Positions 28,709 to 39,639 of a stretch of DNA of 64,000 nt are shown here, piece after piece. Both the position numbers and the translations under genes were made by a program. The number at the start of each line of letters is the position of its first letter. The stretch's first letter is position 1. This DNA comes from Candidatus Omnitrophota bacterium (GTDB lineage: Bacteria; Omnitrophota; Gorgyraeia; Gygaellales; Profunditerraquicolaceae): the NCBI GenBank assembly GCA_003598025.1, contig QZKH01000002.1:206206-270205 (forward strand), given 5' to 3'. The notes below the pieces were generated by a model. The model saw nothing but the letters and a program-made list of their open reading frames with translations. It was not told where the DNA came from and ran no database searches.

Positions 28709-29749
28709 ATGCTCAGATATTTAACTGCCGGAGAATCTCATGGCAAGGCAATAACCGCTGTTCTGGAAGGGATGCCCGCAGGCTTAAAGATAAATACTGC
28801 TTTTTTAAACTCGGAACTGAAAAGGCGCCAGTCCGGTTTTGGCAGAGGAAAACGCATGAAGATAGAATGCGACCGTGCGGATATCCTCTCCGGGATAAAG
28901 AATAACGTTACACTTGGCAGCCCGATAACCCTGGCAATAAAGAACAGGGATGACAGTATCGAGCGCCTGCATAAAGTGCTTGCGCCGCGTCCGGGGCATG
29001 CCGACTTAGCCGGTTTCCTTAAATACGGCTTTAGCGATATACGCCAGGTGCTTGAGCGCGCTTCAGCAAGGAGCACGGTTTCGGTCGTTGCAATCGGCGC
29101 GATCTCTAAATTGCTGCTAAATGAATTCCGTATAAAGATTTCAAGCCGGGTACTTTCTGTGGCCGGCTCAACTTCCGCAGCAAAAATAAAAGGGAAAATC
29201 ATCGAGGCCATGAAAGAGAAGGATACTGTCGGAGGTATTTTTGAAGTCAGGGCAGAGTCGGTGCCTGTGGGTTTAGGCAGCTATGCCCATGCTGACAGAA
29301 GGCTTGATAGCCGCCTGGCAAAAGAAGTCATGGCTATACCGGGCATAAAAGGAGTTGAGATAGGTTTAGGGTTTGGCTATGCGCAGAAAAAAGGCTCAGA
29401 AGTCCATGACGCAATTTACTTCAGCAGGCAAAAAGGTTACGTGAGGAAGACCAATAATGCCGGCGGCATTGAAGGCGGGATATCTAATGGCGAGGACATA
29501 ATTATGCGCGCCTGCATGAAACCCATATCTACATTAATGCGGCCGCTTGATTCCGTTAACATTATGACTAGCAAGGCATCCAAAGCCAGCGTCGAACGGA
29601 CTGATACCTGTGTTGTTCAGGCTGCGGGCGTAGTGGCTGAATCAGCGTGCGCTTTTGTCCTGGCGGATGCTTTATTAGAGAAGTTTGGCAATGATAACCT
29701 TGGCGACATCAAACTGGCCTTTAAGAATTATTTGAAAAGAATATCTTAA
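28709..29749 (+). CDS. aroC: Chorismate synthase
   Basis: The N-terminal LTAGESHG motif and the FGRGKRM motif are present, at 346 aa. Confidence 0.9.
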   Translation: MLRYLTAGESHGKAITAVLEGMPAGLKINTAFLNSELKRRQSGFGRGKRMKIECDRADILSGIKNNVTLGSPITLAIKNRDDSIERLHKVLAPRPGHADLAGFLKYGFSDIRQVLERASARSTVSVVAIGAISKLLLNEFRIKISSRVLSVAGSTSAAKIKGKIIEAMKEKDTVGGIFEVRAESVPVGLGSYAHADRRLDSRLAKEVMAIPGIKGVEIGLGFGYAQKKGSEVHDAIYFSRQKGYVRKTNNAGGIEGGISNGEDIIMRACMKPISTLMRPLDSVNIMTSKASKASVERTDTCVVQAAGVVAESACAFVLADALLEKFGNDNLGDIKLAFKNYLKRIS

Positions 29750-29788
29750 ACAAGGTTAGAAAGTATCACCTTCCTTCGTCTATTAATA

Positions 29789-30061
29789 TTGAAGGGGGTG
29801 ATACCTATGGATACGAAAGACCTTAAAGTTGAAAAGATCAGGAAGGTGCAGGGCCAGAGCAAACTTCGGGCTTTTGTGGATGTTTGCTTTGGAGAAATAA
29901 CAATCAAAGGCCTGCGGGTGGTTGAAGGGGCAAACGGTTTTTTTGTCAGTATGCCGAAATACCAGGGTAAGGATGGCCGCTGGTACAGCAATATATGCCC
30001 TAAGACAAAAGAGGCGCAAAAACAAATTAATGACCTGATATTGCAGGCATATTTGGAATAA
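29789..30061 (+). CDS. spoVG: SpoVG family protein
   Basis: The motifs GEITIKGLRVVEGANGFFVSMP and DGRWY are clearly SpoVG-like. Confidence 0.8.
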   Translation: MKGVIPMDTKDLKVEKIRKVQGQSKLRAFVDVCFGEITIKGLRVVEGANGFFVSMPKYQGKDGRWYSNICPKTKEAQKQINDLILQAYLE

Positions 30062-30068
30062 GTAAAAT

Positions 30069-30110
30069 GGCTAAGGTTATGCTTGCGTAATAACCCTAGC
30101 CGGTTTTATA
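30069..30110 (+). terminator. Hairpin (12-bp stem with one mismatch, 9-nt loop) followed by GGTTTTATAT, a likely intrinsic terminator after spoVG
   Basis: The 5' arm ggctaaggttat and the 3' arm ataaccctagcc are seen directly. Confidence 0.4.
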
Positions 30111-30118
30111 TAAAAATT

Positions 30119-30628
30119 ATGAAAAACCTATATTTAGTCGGTTTTATGGGCACGGGTAAATCAAGCGTGGGCAAGCTGATCGCTAAAAAGAGAAAATGCA
30201 GGTTTGCAGACCTGGATGAATTAATAGAATTAAAAGAAAAGAAAAGTATCCCTGATATCTTCGCTAAATACGGCGAGGCGCATTTTAGAAGGTTAGAGAA
30301 AAAGGCGCTTAAGGAAATATCGCGTGAAAGTAATTTCGTGGTTGCCTGCGGAGGCGGGATAGTATTAGATAAAGAGAATATCCAGATAATGAACGAATCC
30401 GGGTTGGTCGTCTGCCTTAAAGCAAGCCCTGAAGTCATCCTGAAGCGTACAGCCGCCTCAGTTAACCGGCCATTGCTGAATGTAGAAGAACGTAAGGAGA
30501 AGATCAATATGCTTCTGAAGATACGCGCCCCTTTTTACGCGCAGATAGCCAGGCAGGTAGATACATCAACCCTGTCTATCGAAGAGGTGGCTGATAAGGT
30601 GGCCGGATGGATGAAAGAGAAGCCTTAA
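30119..30628 (+). CDS. aroK: Shikimate kinase
   Basis: The ATG at 30119 gives MKNLYLVGFMGTGKS with a Walker A motif. The listed ORF uses an upstream TTG inside the hairpin. Confidence 0.85.
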   Translation: MKNLYLVGFMGTGKSSVGKLIAKKRKCRFADLDELIELKEKKSIPDIFAKYGEAHFRRLEKKALKEISRESNFVVACGGGIVLDKENIQIMNESGLVVCLKASPEVILKRTAASVNRPLLNVEERKEKINMLLKIRAPFYAQIARQVDTSTLSIEEVADKVAGWMKEKP

Positions 30629-31701
30629 TTGCGCTGAATTTCGTTAGCGGTATCGGCGGTGTTAAATTAAAGAGGCTGCTGGATTATTTTTTCAAGCCTC
30701 AGGATATATTCCGGGCATCATCCGGAGAGCTGAGCCAGGTATCAGGGATAAACCCTGAGATTTGCAGGAAAATAAAGGATTTAAACCCGTATAACCTGGA
30801 TAAAGAATTGGCAACGGCCGCAAGGCTCGGCCTTAAGATAATCACTTTGGCAGATGCAGATTACCCAAAAGCTCTGCTGAACATAGACTCATGCCCGATC
30901 GTGCTTTATTGCAAGGGCGCCCTGAAAGAAGAAGATGCATCTGGTATCGCCGTTGTGGGGAGCCGTAAGGCAAGCTTGTACGGCTTATCATGTTCGGAGA
31001 AGTTCGCGTTTGATCTTGCCTGTTGCGGGTTGACTATAATCTCCGGTATGGCATCAGGTATAGATACTACAGCGCATAAGGCGGCGTTAAAAGCAGGCGG
31101 CCGTACCGTTGCAGTCATGGGCAGCGGGTTTAACCAGATCTATCCCAAAGAAAATAAAGAACTGGTTGATAAGATATCTGCAAGCGGCTCTGTTATTTCA
31201 GAATTCCCGATAGATACGCTGCCGCTGAAATATAATTTTCCCAGGAGAAACCGCATAATCAGCGGATTATCCCGGGGCGTATTAGTGGTAGAGGCTTCTT
31301 TGAAAAGCGGTGCGCTGATAACCGCTGATTTTGCGCTGGAGCAGGGCAAGGATGTATTTGTTATTCCGGGCAAGATAGATTCGTTTAATTCTTGCGGAAG
31401 CAATGGCCTGATAAAGCAGGGCGCAAAGCTGGTTTCAGATATAAATGATATATTACAGGAGTTTGGCCTGGAATTTTCTTGCGGCAATATTGATAGTTCT
31501 GACCCGGCGAAAAACCGCATGGATAAAGAAGAAAATGTTCTATATGATGCTATAGATGAAAAAGGCATATTTATAGACGATTTGGTATCAAAGACAGATT
31601 TTAAAATAAACAAAGTGTTCGGTTTGCTTTTTAAACTGCAGCTTAAAAAGCTTATAAAACAACTTCCGGGCAGGATATTTGCCAGGAGCAACCAAGAGTA
31701 G
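30607..31701 (+). CDS. dprA: DNA processing protein DprA (Smf)
   Basis: A Rossmann-like DprA core is present (AVVGSRKAS.YG, GIDTTAHKAAL), with a C-terminal winged-helix-like extension. Confidence 0.85.
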   Translation: MDEREALIALNFVSGIGGVKLKRLLDYFFKPQDIFRASSGELSQVSGINPEICRKIKDLNPYNLDKELATAARLGLKIITLADADYPKALLNIDSCPIVLYCKGALKEEDASGIAVVGSRKASLYGLSCSEKFAFDLACCGLTIISGMASGIDTTAHKAALKAGGRTVAVMGSGFNQIYPKENKELVDKISASGSVISEFPIDTLPLKYNFPRRNRIISGLSRGVLVVEASLKSGALITADFALEQGKDVFVIPGKIDSFNSCGSNGLIKQGAKLVSDINDILQEFGLEFSCGNIDSSDPAKNRMDKEENVLYDAIDEKGIFIDDLVSKTDFKINKVFGLLFKLQLKKLIKQLPGRIFARSNQE

Positions 31702-31704
31702 ACT

Positions 31705-33693
31705 ATGAGTAAGAAAGACCTGATAATAGTTGAATCCCCCACTAAGGCCAAGACAATAGGCAAGATCCTTGGCGATAAATTTACAGTTGTATCCTCGATG
31801 GGGCATGTAATTGACCTCCCGCAGAAGAAGCTTGGGGTCGATATTGAGAATGGTTTCCTTCCGGAATACACGGTTTTAAGCGGAAGAAACAAGGTTTTAA
31901 CCAGCCTGAAGAAGGACGCTAAGGAAAAATCCAATATTTATGTTGCGACTGACCCTGACCGCGAAGGGGAGGCTATCGGTTGGCACCTTAAGGAAAGGGT
32001 ATTTAAGAACAAGAAGGTTTTCCGCCTGGTGTTCCATGAGATAACTCCGTCTGCGATAAAAGAGGCATTTAGTAAATCGCGGGATTTTGACATGAATATG
32101 ATCGAAGCCCAGGCAAGCAGGAGGATATTGGACCGCCTGGTCGGTTATTTCCTGAGCCCGTTATTGTGGAAAAAAATAGTCAGGGGCTTAAGCGCAGGCC
32201 GGGTGCAATCTGTGGCTTTAAGGATATTGATCGAGCGTGAACGCCAGATTAATAATTTCGTTCCCAAAGAATATTGGGAGATAGAGGCGGAGCTAGAAAA
32301 AGCCGACGGTCAACGGTCCACAGACCACGGTATATTTACGGCTAAACTGGATAAAATCGATGACAGGAAGGCGGAGATAGCAAATAAGAAGCAGGCAGAC
32401 GATATTGTCGCCTACCTCTCCGGAAGGGATTTTATCGTCAGCGATATAAAGAAGACCGAGAAGAAAAAGAACCCCCTTGCCCCTTTTATCACCAGCACAC
32501 TTCAGCAGGAGGCCTTCAATAAATTCAGGTTCAATGCTACGCGCACCATGATGCTGGCCCAGCAGCTTTATGAAGGTATAGATATAGGCAGGGATTCACC
32601 CGTTGGCCTTATCACATACATGCGTACTGATTCTCCGCGTGTTGCTCCCGAAGCGATCAGGGAAGTCAGGGGAATGATCCAAAAGAAGTTCGGCGCCGAA
32701 TACCTTCCCAAAGAACCTAATGCCTACAAAGTAAAGAAACTCGCCCAGGAGGCGCATGAAGCAATAAGGCCGACTATGATAGATAGCGCGCCGGATGCAT
32801 TCAAGGATTTCCTGACCCCCGACCAATACAAGCTATACGAGCTTATCTATAACCGTTTTGTATCCAGCCAGATGACTCCGGCAAAATACCTGACGACTAC
32901 GGCAGCCATTGAATGCGAAAAGTATTTGTTCAGTGCTTCAGGAAGCGTATTGACATTTGACGGTTTCCTTAAATTATATGCCAATAACGAAGAGGAAGAA
33001 GATAACAGCGAAAGCCAGAAGAATAAAATACCGGAATTAAAAAATGGCGAGGTGCTAAAACCGCAGAAATTAATCCCTTCCCAGCATTTTACTAAGCCCC
33101 CGGCAAGGTTTTCTGACAGTTCCTTGGTAAAGGCGCTTGAAGAAGACGGGATAGGCCGCCCCTCTACTTATGCCCCGATTATCCAGACCCTGATACTCAG
33201 GGATTATGTGCGCAGGATTAAAGGCTATTTCCACCCTACGGAACTCGGGACAAAAGTAGTTGAACTCTTGATCGAGTATTTTCCCAAGGTCATGGACCTT
33301 AAATTTACCGCGCTCATGGAAGAAGAGCTGGATGAGATTGAAGAGGGAAAATTAAAGAGAGCTGATGTCTTAAATCAATTTTATTCCAGCTTTAAGGCAA
33401 ATTTAGATTTTGCACAAAAGAACATAAAGAAAGAAGTCATAGAGACGGACCAGGTATGCGAGTCTTGCGGGAAACCCATGATAGTAAAATGGGGCAGACG
33501 GGGCAAATTTTTAAGCTGTTCCGATTTTCCCAAGTGCAAGAGTTCAAAATCGATAACCAGCGGAGTCAAATGCCCTGAAGCTGGATGCGGCGGCGAGCTT
33601 ATTGAGCGCCGTTCCAGGCGCGGATTTTTTTACGGCTGTTCCAATTTTCCTAAATGCAGGTTTACCTCGAGGACTTTACCCGAGGAAAAATAA
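31705..33693 (+). CDS. topA: DNA topoisomerase I (type IA) with C-terminal zinc ribbons
   Basis: The Toprim N-terminus LIIVESPTKAKTI and the active-site region are present, with three CxxC-type ribbons at the C-terminus. Confidence 0.9.
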   Translation: MSKKDLIIVESPTKAKTIGKILGDKFTVVSSMGHVIDLPQKKLGVDIENGFLPEYTVLSGRNKVLTSLKKDAKEKSNIYVATDPDREGEAIGWHLKERVFKNKKVFRLVFHEITPSAIKEAFSKSRDFDMNMIEAQASRRILDRLVGYFLSPLLWKKIVRGLSAGRVQSVALRILIERERQINNFVPKEYWEIEAELEKADGQRSTDHGIFTAKLDKIDDRKAEIANKKQADDIVAYLSGRDFIVSDIKKTEKKKNPLAPFITSTLQQEAFNKFRFNATRTMMLAQQLYEGIDIGRDSPVGLITYMRTDSPRVAPEAIREVRGMIQKKFGAEYLPKEPNAYKVKKLAQEAHEAIRPTMIDSAPDAFKDFLTPDQYKLYELIYNRFVSSQMTPAKYLTTTAAIECEKYLFSASGSVLTFDGFLKLYANNEEEEDNSESQKNKIPELKNGEVLKPQKLIPSQHFTKPPARFSDSSLVKALEEDGIGRPSTYAPIIQTLILRDYVRRIKGYFHPTELGTKVVELLIEYFPKVMDLKFTALMEEELDEIEEGKLKRADVLNQFYSSFKANLDFAQKNIKKEVIETDQVCESCGKPMIVKWGRRGKFLSCSDFPKCKSSKSITSGVKCPEAGCGGELIERRSRRGFFYGCSNFPKCRFTSRTLPEEK

Positions 33694-33699
33694 CCGAGA

Positions 33700-34560
33700 A
33701 TGCAAAGGTATATCGAGAAATTCATCAGGTATCTGGAGATCGAAAAGAACTATTCTGCGCATACGCTCTTGAATTATAAGCTCGACCTGGAGCATTTCTT
33801 CAGTTTCCTGGGGTCATCTCCGGTTGAAGGCGTGGATTATATAACTCTGAGGAAATACCTTGCAACACTCAAAGATGCAAGCCTCGGCAACAGGTCCATA
33901 GGCAGGCATTTATCTACCCTGAGGACTTTCTTTAAATTTCTTACCCGCGACGGATTCATAAAAACTAACCCGATGCTCAGTCTTTCCAGCCCTAAAATAG
34001 AAAAGCACCTTCCCCAGTTCCTTACCGAAGAGGAGGCCAGCCGGCTTATAGAGGCGACTGTCGCAAAGGATGAATCAGGCTTAAGGGACAGGGCCATACT
34101 TGAGACTTTCTATAGCACAGGCATAAGGATCAGCGAGCTTGTTTCGCTTGATACCGATGATATTGATTTTATAAGCGGAGTGGTAAAAGTCGAAGGTAAA
34201 GGCAAAAAAGAGAGGATCGTGCCTATTGGTGATAAGGCGTTGTCTGCGATAAGGCAGTATATAGATAAAAGAAAAAAAGAATTTGATGCCGTATTCTTGA
34301 ATAAAAACGGCAAGCGTATCAGTACGCGGGGAGTAAGGAGTATAGTTGCAAAATACATCAAGGCATCGGGTTTAAAACACGGGGTCTCGCCGCATACTAT
34401 CCGGCATTCTTTCGCCACGCACCTTTTAAACCGCGGGGCAGATTTAAGAAGCGTGCAGGAACTCCTGGGGCATGTAAACCTTGCCACAACCCAAATCTAT
34501 ACCCATCTTACTACCGACAGGCTGAAAAATATTTATGACAAGGCGCATCCGCGGGCTTAA
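33700..34560 (+). CDS. Tyrosine recombinase XerC/XerD family
   Basis: The motifs HTIRHSFATHLL and LLGH..L.TTQIYTH are present. The gene is adjacent to topA and dprA, so it looks housekeeping. Confidence 0.85.
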   Translation: MQRYIEKFIRYLEIEKNYSAHTLLNYKLDLEHFFSFLGSSPVEGVDYITLRKYLATLKDASLGNRSIGRHLSTLRTFFKFLTRDGFIKTNPMLSLSSPKIEKHLPQFLTEEEASRLIEATVAKDESGLRDRAILETFYSTGIRISELVSLDTDDIDFISGVVKVEGKGKKERIVPIGDKALSAIRQYIDKRKKEFDAVFLNKNGKRISTRGVRSIVAKYIKASGLKHGVSPHTIRHSFATHLLNRGADLRSVQELLGHVNLATTQIYTHLTTDRLKNIYDKAHPRA

Positions 34561-34565
34561 CTATT

Positions 34566-35828
34566 ATGACCATACTGATTGATTTATTGTACTTTATCGG
34601 CTTTATATTTTATCTGCCTCTGCTTGTCTTTAAGGGAAAACTGCATAGAGAGTTTTTCTTCAGGCTTGGGTTTATACCTAAAGTATATATGGAGAACCCT
34701 ATCTGGATACACGCCGTAAGCGTCGGCGAAGTCATGGCCATTAAGAAGCTGGTTTATGAATTAAAAGCCGCGTTTCCAAGAAAAAGGTTTGTTATCTCGA
34801 CAGTCACCGCTACCGGAAATAAGGTCGCCAAGACCTTAGCCGGCGGCAGGGATTACGTGACCTATCTTCCTTTTGATTTCAGTTTTATTGTCAGCAAGGT
34901 CATGCGCAGGATAAAGCCTTCTTTATTCATCGTAGCAGAAACAGAGATCTGGCCTAACCTGATAAACTATCTGCACCATAACAATATTCCTTTAATAACA
35001 ATTAACGGCAGGATATCCGATAAATCCTTCATAGGATACAAGAGGATCAAGTTTATCCTGAGACACATCCTGAATAAGGTAAGCTTGTTTTGCGTGCAGA
35101 CAGAAGAAGATGCCAAAAGGCTGATGGCTCTTGGGGTGGGCCTTGATAAGATGGATATTACAGGCAACCTTAAATTTGATTTAAACTATGGTAACGAGGT
35201 AAACCCTGAGAATTACAGGTCGCGGCTGGGCATAGTTTATAATGAAAAGCTTTTTGTCGCAGGCTCTACCCATAAGGGCGAAGACGAGATAATCTTCAGC
35301 GTATATAAGCGGATGCGCCAGTCATCAATAAATATAAAATTATTGATCGCTCCCAGGCACCCGGAAAGGGCCAGGGATGTCGCCAGCCTCGCTAAGAAAT
35401 TCGGATTCAACCCCCAGTTGATATCTGCCATCCCTTTTATCTGCGAGACGTGTATTACGCAGCCGGTATTTATTCTGGATACCATAGGCGAACTCCCTGG
35501 TTTTTATAGCGCAGCCGATATAGTTTTTATCGGGGGCAGCCTTACGAAGAACGGCGGGCATAATATAATTGAGCCGGCAAGTCATGCCAAGCCTGTGCTT
35601 TTCGGGCCGTGGATGTTTAACTTCCGCGAGATAGCCAGGATGTTTCTGGATAAATCAGCAGCAATAATGGTCAGGGATGAAGACGAGCTTTTTAACAAAG
35701 CAGTCGCCCTTCTCAGGAATGAATCTGAAGCCAGCTTATATTCGGAAAGGGCAAAAGAACTGGTTTTAAAACATAGAGGGGCAACAGCAAGGACATTAAA
35801 ACATATAATGAAGTTCATAACTAAATAA
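34566..35828 (+). CDS. waaA: 3-deoxy-D-manno-octulosonic acid (Kdo) transferase
   Basis: The motif IWIHAVSVGEV is present in a GT30 architecture. Confidence 0.85.
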   Translation: MTILIDLLYFIGFIFYLPLLVFKGKLHREFFFRLGFIPKVYMENPIWIHAVSVGEVMAIKKLVYELKAAFPRKRFVISTVTATGNKVAKTLAGGRDYVTYLPFDFSFIVSKVMRRIKPSLFIVAETEIWPNLINYLHHNNIPLITINGRISDKSFIGYKRIKFILRHILNKVSLFCVQTEEDAKRLMALGVGLDKMDITGNLKFDLNYGNEVNPENYRSRLGIVYNEKLFVAGSTHKGEDEIIFSVYKRMRQSSINIKLLIAPRHPERARDVASLAKKFGFNPQLISAIPFICETCITQPVFILDTIGELPGFYSAADIVFIGGSLTKNGGHNIIEPASHAKPVLFGPWMFNFREIARMFLDKSAAIMVRDEDELFNKAVALLRNESEASLYSERAKELVLKHRGATARTLKHIMKFITK

Positions 35829-35834
35829 CCGTTT

Positions 35835-38800
35835 ATGTCAGGATATTTCTTAATTTTTATTTTTATCAGTGTTGTTTTTATTGCTTATTCCTTTTACGGG
35901 ATGCTCCCGGCGGATTCAAGAAGCCGGAAGAAAAAAGGAAGAAGCAAATTTCCCGCCGGTAACGCAGACCAGGAGTTATTCAATAAAGAGCAGAAGATAA
36001 TAAACCTGGAAAACAGCCTTAACGAACTGCAGTTTGACCTGGAGAAAGCCCAGGCAGAGCGCGCCGGACTTGAGAAGCAGATTGAGGAGTTAAAAAGGTC
36101 CAAGTCGGAAGCCGAAGATAAATTAGAAAAGAGGCAGTCATGGGTTGATAAGGATAGCCAGGAGTTCGGGAAAGTCAAAGAGCAGAGCGCAAAATTGCAG
36201 AAAGAATTCCTGGAAAAAGAAAAGCAGCTTCAGGAAGAGTTTGCAAAGAATGTAAATCTAAACAGGGATGTAAATAATCTGAACATCAAGATACAAGGGC
36301 TGGAGAATGATATAAAAAATAAGGATGAACAGATCGAGCTGTCAAGGCACAGGATAGACAAGCTCACTAATGACCTTGAAGGGCTCAAAGCTCTCAGTAA
36401 TAAATTACAGAAGGAAAAAGAAATAAGCGAATGGGTGCCTAAAAGTGAATTCAGTAAATTAAACGAAGAGTATACTCAGCTTGAGAACGAACTTTTTGAA
36501 AAAGACGAGAAGATAAAGCGTTTCAGTGATGAGATAGTGCACTTAAATGATGAGCTTAAAAAAGTAAAGCTGCACCCTAAGGAAGAGCCTGCAGCAGAAG
36601 ATAAGCCCGCTGATTTAGTTAGCCAGGAAACAGAAGCAAAACCTGCTGAAGAAAAAGCGCCGTTGCCTGAAGCTAAGGAAGAGAATGCAGGGGCCGCTAA
36701 CGAAGAAGTAAAAGCAGCAGAGGAAAGCCAGGAGAAGACAGCCGCAGAAGAGCCGGTTACTGAAGAAGCAGAAAAAGCGGCGCAGGAGCCTGAAGCCCAA
36801 GAGGCAAAAGCTGCAGAGACAGAAGAAAAGACCGCAAAAGACAAATCTTCCAAAGAGCAAGTAGCAGCCCTTCCTAAGACCGAGCTGCATAAAATAAGGA
36901 ATATAGGCATAATGGCGCATATTGATGCCGGTAAGACTACCGTCAGCGAAAGGATACTTTTTTATACCGGACGTTCGCATAAAATCGGTGAAGTCCATGA
37001 AGGCAAGGCCCAGATGGACTGGATGAAACAGGAACAGGAAAGAGGGATTACAATAACTGCTGCGGCAACTACCTGTTTCTGGAAAGACCACCGTATAAGC
37101 CTGATAGACACTCCTGGCCACGTTGATTTTACGGTAGAGGTTGAAAGAAGCCTGCGTGTTTTAGACGGAGCCGTAGCTGTATTCTGCGCAGTAGGAGGGG
37201 TGGAACCGCAGTCAGAGACAGTTTGGCACCAGTCTGATAAATACAGCGTGCCAAAGATCGCTTTTGTAAATAAAATGGACAGGGTCGGCGCGGATTTCTT
37301 TTTTGTCTTGAGGGATATGGCGGATAAGCTCGGGGCTAATGCGGTAGCAATACAGATACCTGTGGGCCAGGAAGATAAATTCAGGGGGGTAATCGACCTT
37401 CTGGAAATGAAGGCATATATATATCACGACGATACGATGGGCAAGGATTACAGCGTAGAAGATATACCGCAGGAATTTATGGATGCGGCTAAGGAGTACC
37501 GCCATATAATGATTGAAAAGGCGGTTGCCTTTGATGAAGCCCTGATGAAAAAATATCTTGAGGCAGAAGATTCCATTACAATAGAGGAGCTTATATCTGT
37601 GATCAGGTCTGCGACGATTACCAATAAACTTGTCCCGGTCCTCTGCGGTTCAGCTTTTAAAAATAAAGGAGTGCAGAAACTCCTGGATGCGGTTAATATG
37701 TATTTACCGTCTCCCGCTGACCTTGCCGAGGTAGCCGGACACGACCCGAAAGATAAATCTATCGAGATAAAAAGAAAAAATAACTATCAGGAGCCTCTTT
37801 CTGCCCTGGCTTTTAAAGTACAGTCAGACCACCATGTAGGAAAGATCGTTTATGTGCGGGTTTATTCAGGCGTGCTTTCATCAGGGACTTATATCCTGAA
37901 TTCCGTGAAAAATAAAAAGGAGAGGGTGGGCAGGATCGTCCTGATGCATGCCAATCAAAGAGAGAATATAGATAATGCATTTGCCGGGGATATCATCGGC
38001 GTCGTTGGTTTGAACAATACCGTGACCGGGGATACATTATGCTCTGTGGAAAACCCGATACTTCTTGAAGCTATGGAATTTCCTGTCCCGGTTGTTTCTT
38101 TAAGCGTTACACCTAAGAGCAGGCAGGACCAGGATAAATTAGGCAGGGCGCTTGCCCGGCTGCTTGAAGAGGACCCAACTTTTATGGTAAGTTCCGACCA
38201 GGAGACAAAGGAGACGCTGCTTACCGGTATGGGCGAGCTGCATCTTGAAATTATAGTAGACAGGCTCAAAGAGGAATTCCAGGTGGAGGCCATAGTCGGC
38301 CAGCCTAAAGTCGCCTATAAAGAGACCATCCTGAATTCAGCTACGGCAGAAGGTAAATATATAAAACAGTCGGGTGGTCGCGGCCAGTACGGCCATGTAG
38401 TCATGGAGGTTTTGCCTAATGAGCAGGGCAAGGGGTTTGATTTTATCGACAGTATTAAGGGCGGCGCAATACCCAGGTCATTCATACCGGCAGTTGAGAA
38501 AGGCGTTGTTGAAGCTATGCAAAACGGGGTATATGCCGGATACCCCGTGGTTGATGTCAAAGTGAACCTTCTAGACGGTTCTTATCACGAAGTAGATTCG
38601 TCGGAACTGGCATTTAAGTTCGCCGCAATATTCGGGTTTAAGGAAGCGTTTTTAAAGGCGACACCTGTATTGCTTGAGCCATATATGGCGCTTGAGGTAA
38701 GCACGCCTGATGAATTCGCCAATAGTATCGTAGGTTATATCTGTTCGCGCAGGGGTAAGATCCTGAACATGGAAACAAAAGCAAAACAGAAACTGGTTTT

Positions 38801-38975
38801 TGCGGAAGTCCCGCTTGCCGAGATGTTCGGATATGCTACTGCATTCCGTTCTTTGAGCAGCGGCAGGGCCAATGCCCAGATGCATTTCTCCAAATATTTA
38901 CAGGTGCCGAATGAAATAGCGCAGAAGATAATAGAAGAAAATAAAGACAAGAAAGAAGGCAGGGCAAATGGGTGA
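35835..38975 (+). CDS. Elongation factor G paralog with about 340-aa N-terminal extension (TM helix, coiled coil, Ala/Glu/Lys-rich acidic linker)
   Basis: From about aa 345 the full EF-G domain set is present ([21 protein letters not shown], then domains II to V). The N-terminus has a hydrophobic helix, heptad-repeat coiled coil and low-complexity AEEK repeats. Confidence 0.8.
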   Translation: MSGYFLIFIFISVVFIAYSFYGMLPADSRSRKKKGRSKFPAGNADQELFNKEQKIINLENSLNELQFDLEKAQAERAGLEKQIEELKRSKSEAEDKLEKRQSWVDKDSQEFGKVKEQSAKLQKEFLEKEKQLQEEFAKNVNLNRDVNNLNIKIQGLENDIKNKDEQIELSRHRIDKLTNDLEGLKALSNKLQKEKEISEWVPKSEFSKLNEEYTQLENELFEKDEKIKRFSDEIVHLNDELKKVKLHPKEEPAAEDKPADLVSQETEAKPAEEKAPLPEAKEENAGAANEEVKAAEESQEKTAAEEPVTEEAEKAAQEPEAQEAKAAETEEKTAKDKSSKEQVAALPKTELHKIRNIGIMAHIDAGKTTVSERILFYTGRSHKIGEVHEGKAQMDWMKQEQERGITITAAATTCFWKDHRISLIDTPGHVDFTVEVERSLRVLDGAVAVFCAVGGVEPQSETVWHQSDKYSVPKIAFVNKMDRVGADFFFVLRDMADKLGANAVAIQIPVGQEDKFRGVIDLLEMKAYIYHDDTMGKDYSVEDIPQEFMDAAKEYRHIMIEKAVAFDEALMKKYLEAEDSITIEELISVIRSATITNKLVPVLCGSAFKNKGVQKLLDAVNMYLPSPADLAEVAGHDPKDKSIEIKRKNNYQEPLSALAFKVQSDHHVGKIVYVRVYSGVLSSGTYILNSVKNKKERVGRIVLMHANQRENIDNAFAGDIIGVVGLNNTVTGDTLCSVENPILLEAMEFPVPVVSLSVTPKSRQDQDKLGRALARLLEEDPTFMVSSDQETKETLLTGMGELHLEIIVDRLKEEFQVEAIVGQPKVAYKETILNSATAEGKYIKQSGGRGQYGHVVMEVLPNEQGKGFDFIDSIKGGAIPRSFIPAVEKGVVEAMQNGVYAGYPVVDVKVNLLDGSYHEVDSSELAFKFAAIFGFKEAFLKATPVLLEPYMALEVSTPDEFANSIVGYICSRRGKILNMETKAKQKLVFAEVPLAEMFGYATAFRSLSSGRANAQMHFSKYLQVPNEIAQKIIEENKDKKEGRANG

Positions 38976-39621
38976 CCTAAAATCCAGGGGAATGGAAAAA
39001 CTGGAAAAGAAGATGCAGTCTATTGATGCTGATTCCATGCGTTACAGGATACTTGAAAGTGCAAAGATGTTTAAGTCTTCATGGATAGACTTAGGACAGG
39101 CGCTATATTCGGCCTGGAAAGACAAGCTTTATAAGAACTGGGGCTATCAGCAGTTTGAGACATACAGCGTAAAAGAGCTTGGTATCCGCAAGCAGACAGC
39201 CTTAAAATTATTGAGGTCTTATTTTTTCCTTGAAAAAGAGGAGCCCGCCTTTCTTAAAAGAGAGGCGCTTGAATCACTTGAGCCTTCTCATGTGCCTAAC
39301 TATGAGTCAGTTGATATGCTGCGTTCGGCAAAAAGCAGGAAGATATTAGATGAACAGGATTATTCAGAGCTTAAGAAAGATATTCTGGAAAAGGGCAAAG
39401 ATTACCGTGACGTAAAAAAGGGCCTGACAGAGCTTATAAGGCAGCGTAATGAGCTTGAGCCTGATGAGGCAAGGCAGCAAAAAAGGCAGGCTTCTTTAAA
39501 GAGGCTGCTGGGCTTGCTGCGTTCAGTAAAGAAGGAAGCTGAAGTTTCTAAATTCCTTCCCGAACCCGTACTGAAGGATGCGGAGAGCCTGATAAAAAAG
39601 ATAGAATCGCTTCTGGAATGA
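38968..39621 (+). CDS. Hypothetical charged/coiled-coil protein
   Basis: The ORF overlaps the EF-G stop by 8 nt. No recognised domain. Confidence 0.4.
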   Translation: MGDLKSRGMEKLEKKMQSIDADSMRYRILESAKMFKSSWIDLGQALYSAWKDKLYKNWGYQQFETYSVKELGIRKQTALKLLRSYFFLEKEEPAFLKREALESLEPSHVPNYESVDMLRSAKSRKILDEQDYSELKKDILEKGKDYRDVKKGLTELIRQRNELEPDEARQQKRQASLKRLLGLLRSVKKEAEVSKFLPEPVLKDAESLIKKIESLLE

Positions 39622-39639
39622 TTTTATTGGAGGGGATAA

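Noticed and set aside
28738-29211. 157-aa minus-strand ORF inside aroC (and similar antisense ORFs inside dprA/topA 31140..31934 and hldA/kdsB/kdsA 61801..63537)
   Set aside because: They are fully antisense to strongly supported conserved genes, with no independent signals. Typical shadow ORFs.
33700-34560. Tyrosine recombinase as marker of an integrated mobile element
   Set aside because: The sequence has XerC/XerD-type motifs and sits in a dprA-topA-xer housekeeping arrangement. No adjacent att-like repeats, tRNA or phage genes were found.
36476-37121. Two long minus-strand ORFs (144 and 168 aa) with Ala/Ser/Phe/Cys-rich low-complexity translations
   Set aside because: They lie antisense to the Ala/Glu/Lys-rich low-complexity linker of the EF-G paralog. 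The repetitive GC-rich codons give open antisense frames by chance. There are no RBS or domain features.
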